Part shown: positions 23,236 to 32,707 of the stretch, piece after piece
How positions within the stretch are numbered: position 1 is the first letter of the stretch
Layout: each line of letters opens with the position of its first letter
NCBI GenBank assembly: GCA_001662655.1
Contig: KV460208.1
Direction: 5' to 3' (one strand)
Origin: Pseudogymnoascus verrucosus
Taxonomy: Eukaryota
DNA: 35,780 nt
Program-made: the position numbers and the translations under genes
Notes under the pieces: model-generated
Told to the model about the DNA's origin: nothing
The model's input: only the letters and a program-made list of their open reading frames with translations
The model's database searches: none

Positions 23236-24918
23236 ATGGACGCTGGCGGTCTAGCTCAAATGTCCTACAACAACTTCCAAACCATCGGGGTTCCCGGCTC
23301 TGGCTTCGCTTCCAGAGGGAAGGGAGCCCACATCAAGCGCCTCTCGTTCGAGCCCACGGCAGCCTCCGACCCGGCCAACAATGGCGCCCCGACTCCTCGC
23401 ACCAGCCGCTCTCACCTGCTTGCGGGTTTGAGGACGGCCCCGAAGACGACCACTGGAGCCCATTTCCCTCCTTCGGCACCCCCGACCCAACTGCAGCACC
23501 AGGGCCTCGACAACAGCATGTACGCGGAAAGCAAGAACAACTCTCGCTCTGGGTATGGCGCGCCCAAGACATCCATCGGTTCTTCGTTCAGCACGCAGCA
23601 GCAGCAACAGCAGCCTAGCTACAACCGCCAGATGTATGCACTCCCTGAGCAAGTCCTGGCTCCTCCGGAGATTCACATCGATGAGCATGGTCAAGAGCAG
23701 ATGGATCCGAATCTGTATGCCCAGTTGGTTGCCACAAACATGTATCTGGCCGAGCAACAGCAACGGCTACAGCAGCAGCTCATCAACGTCCAGGCTGCTG
23801 CTCAGCAGTTCCAGGGCATGAGCCTGGGTCACATGGGCCGCCAGATGCCGCAACAGTTTGCCACACCACCAGTCACCCCAGGTGCGGGCATGTACCAGCA
23901 GCAGGCAAAGCAGAATGGACAGCCCATCATCACTCCTGTGCCAGGAGGACAGCCCGGCCTGTATTCGGTCTACAATCCCATGACTGGCCAGCAGACATAC
24001 TACATCGACCAGGGTGCACAGCAGGCATACGCTGATAGCCACGACATCTACACGGATTCGGGATCGCCACCGCAGCAGCCTGGCACTCCTCGCTTCCAGG
24101 TGTCGCCGCCGAGCAACAACGGCATCACTCGCAGCATCTCGCCCCCAAAGAAGAGCGCCTCGCCTCCTCAGGATCATACACCGCTCCCTCCACCATCGGC
24201 CAACGCTTTCCGCCGCGGACACAAGAAGTCGTCCAGCCTGGCCAATGTTCTCACCGTCTCCACGGCCGTGAATGTTGACAGCGGGGCGAGGACTTCGGTC
24301 CCCAAGACTGCAGGCTATGCTCCGACTCCGATGACCGGAACCTTTGGTCCTGGACAGGGACGAGCTGGCGAGCACCCCATCCGTCAGCCACGCGGACCGC
24401 CATCTCTGGATGAGCTGCGCGCTAAGCCCACCTCCAAGTTTGAAGGCAGCAAGAACTTTGCCACCCGCCAACGCCGCAATGCAGTTCACAACCTGGTTCG
24501 CGCTGGGTTGGAGCGTCGCCGTGGTCCGGGATCTGGTTCTGCCGGCAGCATCAGTCCCATCAGTGAGACGGGCGAGCTCACGTTTGCGACATCGTCGGGC
24601 GAGGAGTCTGATAGCGGCAGGAGCGGCAGCGGAAGCCTATCTGGACGACCAAGCTTGGGCAGTCTCCGCACCTCGATCCACGGCGCCATTGGCTCTGACA
24701 GGCCTTCATCGCGACAGAAGAACCACTCGGTCGACAACAATTCTGTCGACACAACGCCGACCACGGCAGGCACCAGCGGTGACGAGGGTCCCGCCATCTG
24801 CAGCTTTGCCGCTGCCTTCAAGCATGGTGGCAAGAAGCCCGAGGCTGAGCAGGCGCGGCTCAAGGCCCCCATGCTGGTTCTCAGCTCTGTTGAGAAGCGC
24901 AAGAGCTCCGTCTTTTAG
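23236..24918 (+). CDS. Uncharacterised 560-aa Gln/Pro/Ser-rich, largely disordered protein with short motif-like islands
   Basis: Long ORF with GC3-rich, coding-like codons; first ATG at 23236 (alternative 23260); poly-Q tracts; islands PRTSRSHLLAGLRTAPK and GEHPIRQPRGPPSLDELRAKPTSKFEGSKNFATRQRR. Confidence 0.85.
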   Translation: MDAGGLAQMSYNNFQTIGVPGSGFASRGKGAHIKRLSFEPTAASDPANNGAPTPRTSRSHLLAGLRTAPKTTTGAHFPPSAPPTQLQHQGLDNSMYAESKNNSRSGYGAPKTSIGSSFSTQQQQQQPSYNRQMYALPEQVLAPPEIHIDEHGQEQMDPNLYAQLVATNMYLAEQQQRLQQQLINVQAAAQQFQGMSLGHMGRQMPQQFATPPVTPGAGMYQQQAKQNGQPIITPVPGGQPGLYSVYNPMTGQQTYYIDQGAQQAYADSHDIYTDSGSPPQQPGTPRFQVSPPSNNGITRSISPPKKSASPPQDHTPLPPPSANAFRRGHKKSSSLANVLTVSTAVNVDSGARTSVPKTAGYAPTPMTGTFGPGQGRAGEHPIRQPRGPPSLDELRAKPTSKFEGSKNFATRQRRNAVHNLVRAGLERRRGPGSGSAGSISPISETGELTFATSSGEESDSGRSGSGSLSGRPSLGSLRTSIHGAIGSDRPSSRQKNHSVDNNSVDTTPTTAGTSGDEGPAICSFAAAFKHGGKKPEAEQARLKAPMLVLSSVEKRKSSVF

Positions 24919-25684
24919 ACGGCCGAGTTCGCCCATTTGGAGCACACGTGGTAGATCCGCGGGTGCACCGGATGGGTCGATTTTTAGATGACAATTTGAT
25001 ATTGCATTCAATGCGGATACCCTCCGCCATCGAACTTTTTTGACGCCGAATACGAATTATTACCAAGGCAGTAACACGCCCGGGTCGCTATTTTCCATTT
25101 TTAATGACTCTCCTCGATTGTCACGACACATTCCTTACAGTTATACGCAAATCGCGACGGCTTTTGCACTCGAGGGTTTTCCGTTTTAGTACAGGTGGAT
25201 TGGATTCTTGCCTGGACGTTTACCCGAGGCTCCTGATGGGATTGCCTTTCTTCATTATTTATAAGCTTGTACGGTTGGCTGGAGTATATTTTGGGTGGAA
25301 GCTATTTGAGCTTTTGGGGGGACGTGGGGGTGTGTAGAGAGGGGTGGGGTTTACGGGGGGGTGTATGTCGATCTCTGATGAGAGATGCATGCATGTCCCT
25401 GTGCCGTCTGTACTCGGTTTGCTTGCCTTGGCTGGAATGCCTGTGCAGGTAGAGGAGGGACCTCCGGAGCAGATAGGATAGCCAAGATAGTTGGCCAATG
25501 CAAGAATAAATACAAATGCAAACTCCGCAGTGCTGAAACATGAAACATAAGATAGCCGTGCATTTCGAAGCTGCATCAGTTAGCGTTGGTTTCGGCCCGT
25601 AGCTGTCTTTTGCCGCGGATTTCTTTTCCGTGTGTAGATCATGTCTTTGTTTATGATGAGATTTTGGAACCGCCAACCCCTCTA

Positions 25685-25696
25685 TGTGACGTCACA
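25685..25696. promoter_or_regulatory. Perfect CRE (ATF/CREB bZIP) palindrome TGTGACGTCACA
   Basis: 12-bp palindrome containing TGACGTCA, ~840 bp upstream of the PRM10-like ATG. Motif match only. Confidence 0.4.
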
Positions 25697-26534
25697 GCTG
25701 TCTTGGGAAGGAGATTTCTTCGCCAGTCGCCGTCAGGCTCCGTCAGTTTATTTTATTTATCCCCCCTTTAAATCTGATGGCATCAGAATTTATTAAGATC
25801 GAGATGATATTAATCGTGTCATTTTCATAGGCTCGGGCTGTGCAGCAGTGCGCTCCCCGCCGACGGTCTGGCCGCCCTTCGTTGGGTTCTAGGTCCCAGT
25901 GTTGGGTGGCGGATAGGCTAAATCGGGCATCGCCAGCGGCGGATTTTTGGCTAGCTCGTGTTGCGACAGTGTTTTATTCTCCATTTTTATCTCCAATTTT
26001 CTTGAGCTTTCGCAATTGCCATAGATATGAGCTATCTATATCTGTGCAAAATCCGCTTTTTCCGGTTCTTCAGCTTTTACGCGCCAACTTTGGGAGCTAT
26101 TCGGGATTTTTAGACCCGCTGTTAGAACCCCTCCTCCCCACTCCTAGTGACCTTGCTCGATATGCCGCGTCTTCCCTGATAACCCGTCATTCCTTCCTTC
26201 CTTCCGCCCTTCAAACTTTCCCATCTGTACATACAAATCACCCATATATTTCCCCTACGTACATACTTCGATCACCCACTCACAGCAAATGCATCTTTTC
26301 TGTCTATACTGATTACAACCAACCCATTCGCTTTTTTGTATATTGCTATTCTGGTTCTCAATTGTTGTTTCTTATTACTTATTGATATGGCTCTGCACTT
26401 GCCACTGTCCCTCCCATGATTCATCCCACGACCGACATCCTTATCTGACTCTCGAACACCTCGCCGCCACGCCGGCAATACCTGATTATTATTCCCCGAA
26501 AACCAATTGACCATATACTCAGTCTGCCACGGAC

Positions 26535-29355
26535 ATGTCGGGCGAACCCGCATCTGCAGGCGAAGGAAGTCAGAACCGACCTCACCGACTGAGTCTTACG
26601 GAGGCAAGCCCCAGCGAGCCAGTCCTGCCTGAAGCCGACCCGATTGAGAGACCCCATTCTGCTGGCGAAGTCCCAGAGGTGCATGCCAGGCGCGGCCGCG
26701 TGCGATTCAACAGCAAGAGCGAGGTTAATGATTTGAGAAACTCGCGGGTAATATTTCCGTTGCGAGACTCAGCGATAGACGATACGAGATTGCAACTCCC
26801 TGCACATACACGAAAAAGCTCGAGAAGCACGGGAAAGGATATTGAAGTGCCGAAGAAGCGTGTTGCTGACAATGAGAATCCGTTCTCGGACGCCTCCGCC
26901 GTCGAGGTGGTTTCCCCGGCCCCGAGGAAGCCAAGGCCCTCGGTTCTGAGAAATAACTCGGCCTCGTCATTTACAGAAGATATGATGATAGCCGATGATG
27001 GATATACGGAACCGACCTCGGAGAAGGCGTTTTCGGCCAAAGCTGCTCAAGAGAGGGCGAAAAGAGTTGCCTCGCTCGTTGGCCACTCCGCCTCGTCATC
27101 AAGAAGCCTCTCCGCGGAAGGGTTCCGATCCTATCCCCCATCTCCCCTACCCAGAAAAGGCAAGCAAGACGACATTCCGTTGATGGACATGGACAAATAT
27201 GGGTATAACGATGGGGGGTTGGACAGTGACGAAGACGAGGACGAAGAATCCAAGGAGAGGAGGGCAAACGCCAGCACTTCCGAGGCACACAAACTCGTGC
27301 GGACGCTTACTGGAAGGCCGACGTCTGGCCACGTGAGAGTGTTAAGCACCGACTCGACAGCGTTGGAGTCTGGCCAGTTGACGCCAACTCACGAGCAGGA
27401 TTATACGGAGGATTATGTGGCACGTCCGGACCAGTACCGGAACGGAGTTCTCTCTTCGTTGTTGAAGCTATACAATCCGCAGGACGGAGCAGCGAACAAA
27501 CAAAGGACGAGCAGCACCGGGTCGTATGGTGCTCGAAGTGGTTTCTCGACGCCTGGGTCGTCGGGCGCTACGACCCCGAAGCAGAAGAATGCAAAGTGGT
27601 ACAATCAGAAGAACCAATCCCGCGAGACGCTGGCTGGACTCGTGGAAGCGTCTTCGAAGCTGGCAGCTTATGGTGGGAATACCCCGACTGGGCAAAGCAG
27701 CAAGCGCCCTCCGATGCATGGTCGGACACATAGTGGGGGATTCACGCAGGCCTTTCACAGAATCAGCAGGCCGCGGCTGGAAGACGAGATCAAGATTACC
27801 GTTCACATCGCCGAAACGTTGCAAAGGCAGAAATACCTCGTCAGGCTCTGTCGGGCGTTGATGGCGTACGGCGCGCCGACACATCGACTGGAGGAGTATA
27901 TGAGAATGACTGCGAGAGTGTTGGAGCTGGATGGCCAGTTTCTGTATATTCCTGGGTGCATGCTTGTTTCGTTTGATGATGCGTCGACGCACACAACCGA
28001 GGTCAAGCTTGTCCGCACCCACCAAGGGGTGAATCTGGGAAAGCTGAAGGACGTCCACGAGATTTACAAAGAGGTCGTCCATGACGTGATTGGAGTCGAG
28101 GAGGCAACGCATAGGCTGGATTCCATCATCCGCGAGAAGCCCAAGCACAACAGGTGGTTACTGGTGTTCGTGTATGGCCTGGCGAGTGTCTGCGTTGGCC
28201 CGTTTGCGTTCGAAGCCAACTTCATCGACCTACCCATCTCCTTCATCCTGGGGTGCGTGCTCGGATTTCTCCAGCTCATCGTCGCGCCAAAGTCAGATCT
28301 GTATGCGAATGTGTTCGAAATCAGTGCAGCAGTCGTCACCTCGTTTCTGGCACGTGGGTTTGGAAGCATCCCATATAATGGGGGACGGCTGTTTTGCTTT
28401 TCGGCGCTGGCCCAGTCGTCGATTGCGTTGATCCTTCCGGGATATATCATTCTATGTGGATCGCTTGAACTTCAGTCAAAGTCGATAGTGGCTGGCTCTG
28501 TTCGCATGGTCTACGCCGTCATATACTCGCTCTTCCTTGGATTCGGCATCACCATTGGGACGGCCATGTATGGACTGATGGACAGCAACGCCACGTCGGC
28601 AACATCCTGCGCCAGGCCGATGAATCAATACGCCCGCTTTGCATTTGTACCTCTATTTACGATGTGCTTGTGTATCATCAACCAGGCCAAGTGGAAGCAG
28701 ACTCCCGTGATGCTTCTCATATCATGCAGCGGCTATGTGGTCAACTTCTTCACGTCGAAGCGTTTTGCATCGAATGCACAGTTGTCACAGACCCTGGGAG
28801 CATTGGTTATTGGAGTGATGGGAAATTTGTACAGTCGACTTCGCCATGGAGTCGCCGCAGCCGCATTACTGCCGGCGATATTCGTACAGGTCCCCTCGGG
28901 TCTTGCAGCGAGCGGCAGTCTTCTGGCAGGACTTACCAGCGCGGACGGCATCACGAACACGACGAATAAGACGATCCCTGTAAGCAAATTTTTGCAGCTT
29001 CTCCCCGCTGATTATAGAGCCGCGAATGGAGACGGTGGCGGGAAGACTACTATTTCGTTCTTGATTGGTACTGGCAGCGCTCTCGTTTGTTTCCTGAGCT
29101 TCTTTGACTTTTTATATCTACCATTTACCCCCGATTTGTCGTCATTTAATGGTTACTTGGAGGAGAAACGGGGTTGTGTGTGACATTGCTAACTATCCTC
29201 AGGTCGGACAGGAAAAGACGGAGCTCAACTCGATCGTGTTTAATGTTGGATACTCGATGATACAGGTTGCGATTGGGATTACGGTTGGGCTGTTCCTGAG
29301 TGCGTTGATTGTGTATCCATTTGGGAAGCGAAGGTCGGGGTTGTTTAGCTTTTGA
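26535..29355 (+). CDS. PRM10: Prm10/DUF1212 (ThrE threonine/serine exporter family) multi-pass membrane protein; 2 exons, ~865 aa
   Basis: Exons 26535-28979 and 29203-29355 (intron GTAAGC..GCTAAC..CAG). ITVHIAETLQRQKYLVRLCRALMAYGAPTHRLEEYM, ILPGYIILCGSLELQS, AGSVRMVYA, LPAIFVQVPSG, MIQVAIGITVGLF, C-terminal GLFSF; long disordered N-terminus. Confidence 0.9.
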
Positions 29356-29969
29356 GCGGGCATGGATGGCGTTTTGGATGTAGATACTGTACAGGCGCTG
29401 GAGCCATTCATTAATTCAAACATTGTGCAGCGTCGCTACCGATTTGACCACGCAGACGTAATAGCTTCTCTTCGTAGGATTTTCCACATCTGTCTTAGCA
29501 TAGGCTGTCCATGACATTTGGGTTCCCGGGCAGGTACGCGCCGAGGTCGCCCCACCACGCTCGGCCACGGGGATCGCGAGCATAACTGACAGGTAAGTAA
29601 ACGCCGCAATATATCCGACAGCCCCCAGTCATACCCATGCTGTCCGCATGCTATCCAGCTTCGGATTGGCTGGGATAATGGAAATATCCAACAAAACCAA
29701 CAGTAGCTAACTTCCATTAGGGGAGGCCTCCGTCGGTCGCACCCCCCGAAAAGGAGATTGGTAAAGAAAATGTAAAGAGCAGTGCGATCCCGACTTCTTG
29801 GCTTTGTTGATTCGTGAAAGGTGGACCGACCCTCAAGCTATTTAACCAGGCGACCTTTGCCGGAATAGATATAACTTCTTATCCCACGTTTTGTCGTTAT
29901 TCTTTCTCTTTAAATGGTATTGCCAAAGGTTTTCCGCCCCTGACATTTCCAATCAACTATATATCCAAC

Positions 29970-30477
29970 ATGCGTCTCACGCTTGCCTCTGTAGGGCTCT
30001 TTGCCGCTGCAAACGCAGCTGCGGTCGCTACTCCACAAGTTTCCAAGTACGTATTACCACCTAGTTTCGCATGGGAAAAGTGGTAGCTAATCAATATATA
30101 GCCCAGACCCGTGGCAACAGTATAAAGCTTACTGTTCCTCGAGTGGTGGCGGACCAGGCTGGGGTGGGTTCCTAAAGATCCATTCTGCGTTTTCAAAACT
30201 ATGGGCGAGCACGCCGGCGGGATTTTGTGTCGCCGCAGACAACTGGGCGTGTGTGCAATGCGACGACGTCTATATGTATTTTGAACCGCAACTATATAAG
30301 ATTCCATCAACATGCTATACCCCTAACGAATTCGGTGCAGTTGCGACTTTATTCAACGACGTTGCTCGAAATGGCAAATCGGACTGCACTATAGGTGTTA
30401 AAGACGGACTTTGGGGATATGGTCTTGTATCTCAGAACTTTGAAGTACAGGACCGTGGATGCTTGAAACGATGCTAA
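29970..30477 (+). CDS. Small secreted cysteine-rich protein (150 aa, 8 Cys), effector/toxin candidate; 2 exons
   Basis: Exons 29970-30046 and 30102-30477; 55-nt intron GTACGT..GCTAAT..TAG. The spliced ORF is stop-free: MRLTLASVGLFAAANAAAVATPQVSNPDPWQQYKAYCSSSGGGPGWGGFLKIHSAFSKLWASTPAGFCVAADNWACVQCDDVYMYFEPQLYKIPSTCYTPNEFGAVATLFNDVARNGKSDCTIGVKDGLWGYGLVSQNFEVQDRGCLKRC. Confidence 0.85.
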
Positions 30478-30758
30478 GATGGAACCTATGTTTGAGTGGC
30501 TGTGAAGCGGGGCTAGGGAATGAATGGCATCACCATACTATATAAGGTTCCATAGCTTCGATAGTACATCCTGCTGTTTCGGTAGACGATGTCATACAGA
30601 TCTCAGGAGAGAATCGGCTACCTTCAACTCACGCACATATGGCAGCCAAGAACACTGTCTTTGTTGCCACCGATGATATTCGTCGAGTATCTTTCAACTG
30701 CCATGCGCGCCTTCGTTACGAAGACATTGAAAGATTATACAATAAACTGGATTTTCCG

Positions 30759-32255
30759 CTATAACTTGGAGTAAACTGTCACACTGGCACCACTCATATC
30801 TACCAAAGTGCTCTTGTTCCTCACCCACGCCTCGATTCCTCGTCGGCCATTCTCTACACCCATACCGCTCTGCTTCCATCCACCCACGCTCATCTCTGCC
30901 GGGCTCTCTCCCCATGTATTGACCCATGTGATGCCTGCCTCTAGCTTGCCGATCACCTTGTGCGCCAGGTTTAGATCTTTGGTGAAGACGCCTGCTGCGA
31001 GACCCAACGGGGTGTCGTTGGCTCGCCGGATGACCTCGTCCACGGTAGAGAATGTCAGGATACACAGCACCGGCCCGAAGATTTCCTCCTTGATAATTTT
31101 CATCGAGTCGGTGCAATCCGTAAAGACTGTCGGCTTGACCCAGAAGCCCTTCTCCAAGCCTTGTGGCACTGACGGCTGCCCAAGTCCTCCATAAAGCAGC
31201 GTCGCCCTGTCGACCTCGATGCCGTGTTTGATGTAGCCCAACACCTTCTCGCGGTGTACGCCTGATACGAGAGGCCCATAGTTTGTGTTCATATCCCAGA
31301 GATCGCCTGCGCGGATATACTGCATCTTCTCGACGAGGCGCTTCTCAAAAGCGCTCTTCATGCTCTCGTGCACGAAAACCCGCGTGCCGTTGGTGCATAC
31401 CTGACCCGTGCTGAAAAAGTTGGCCATCATGGCGCCGTCAACGGCGTTTTCTAGGTCGCTGTCCGGCAGGACGATGAGTGGACTCTTTCCGCCGAGCTCC
31501 ATCGTGATGTATTTCATATTCCCAGCAGCCGCACCGGCGACCTTTTTGCCGGTCGAGACCTGGCCGGTGAAGGAGACTTTGGCGATGCCTGGGTGGGATG
31601 TGAGATAGCCGCCCACGTCGCCCGCGCCGTTGACAATGTTGAAGACGCCCGCTGGGACGCCGGCTTCGGTGTATACTTCGGCGAGAATCTGCCCGTGCAT
31701 GGGAGTGAACTCGCTGGGTTTGTAGATCATTGTGTTGCCCGCAGCGAGGCACGGCGCAGATTTCCATAACGCGATCTGAATGGGGTAGTTCCAGGCTCCG
31801 ATGCCTGCACAGACGCCGAGTGGCTCTTTCTTGCTGTATACCCATGCGTCTTCGCGCAGTTGGGCTGTCTCCCCGTTTAGTCCGCCTCCCCCGACAAGAT
31901 TGGCGAAGTATTCGGCTACATCTGCGCCAGTCATCACATCGACCGTGCTCGTTTCGGAGAACGGCTTGCCGGTGTCCTGTGTCTCGACCTTTGCTATCTC
32001 GTCATTGCGATTGCGGAGGATCTGGACGGCTTTTAGGAGGATGCGCGCGCGGGCGATGGCCGGCGTTGTGGACCATGTCTTGAACGCGTCCGTCGCCGAA
32101 GAGATGGCGGCGTCTACATCTCTGTTGGATGCGACGTGGATTTCCGCAAGTGGAGTTCCCGTCGAAGGATCTATTGATTGGAAAGTCTTTGAGGATGTCG
32201 CCTTCTGGACAGAGCCGTTGTAGTAGAGCTGCCGGGGAGCATATTGACCGCCCAT
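30759..32255 (-). CDS. badA: Betaine aldehyde dehydrogenase (BetB-like ALDH), intronless, C-terminal SKL
   Basis: [34 protein letters not shown], catalytic MELGGKSP and [24 protein letters not shown]; divergent from choline oxidase. Confidence 0.93.
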   Translation of the reverse strand: MGGQYAPRQLYYNGSVQKATSSKTFQSIDPSTGTPLAEIHVASNRDVDAAISSATDAFKTWSTTPAIARARILLKAVQILRNRNDEIAKVETQDTGKPFSETSTVDVMTGADVAEYFANLVGGGGLNGETAQLREDAWVYSKKEPLGVCAGIGAWNYPIQIALWKSAPCLAAGNTMIYKPSEFTPMHGQILAEVYTEAGVPAGVFNIVNGAGDVGGYLTSHPGIAKVSFTGQVSTGKKVAGAAAGNMKYITMELGGKSPLIVLPDSDLENAVDGAMMANFFSTGQVCTNGTRVFVHESMKSAFEKRLVEKMQYIRAGDLWDMNTNYGPLVSGVHREKVLGYIKHGIEVDRATLLYGGLGQPSVPQGLEKGFWVKPTVFTDCTDSMKIIKEEIFGPVLCILTFSTVDEVIRRANDTPLGLAAGVFTKDLNLAHKVIGKLEAGITWVNTWGESPAEMSVGGWKQSGMGVENGRRGIEAWVRNKSTLVDMSGASVTVYSKL

Positions 32256-32707
32256 CTTGTTGATGTGTTGATTGAAGTTCTTGAGATCGTGTGACGTAGG
32301 GAAATCCGTGTGCCGAAGCTACTGACTGGTGCGGGTTAGCGTCGCACACGACAGGCACCGTCGATCTTGGCGTGCAGTAGTCAAGCCACCGACGTCGTCT
32401 TCGATACCCACTATAAAAGTTTGAGAGATGGTTTTTCACTTCAACGGCAGGCGGCGGTGGGCGAATTGAGCGGTGGAAAGGGCTGGAGTGTACAGTGGCG
32501 GCTGTCTTATATGTAGCCGTGAAAGATGTCTCAACTTCCCTTTATGCATGGCGTTATGGCGCCATCTTTAATATACTCCCCCTTGCCCCAGTCTTTCATT
32601 TTCACCTTAGCTCGTTAATTAAACGTAACTGATTTGTCAAGTGATTATCCCCCGCCGTATATATATCCCGCACGGTAGTACCCTCTCTAAACTTCAAGAC
32701 ACTCAAC
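32256..32707. promoter_or_regulatory. Bidirectional promoter of the BADH / choline oxidase pair
   Basis: 452-bp gap between head-to-head ATGs; TATATATA near 32658; cluster of CGG triplets at ~32445-32475. Confidence 0.7.

Noticed and set aside
23251..25011. Long antisense and alternate-frame ORFs over the Gln-rich gene (similar ones over gel1, DBP5, PRM10, BADH, codA)
   Set aside because: Expected shadows of GC3-rich coding sequence; no independent evidence.
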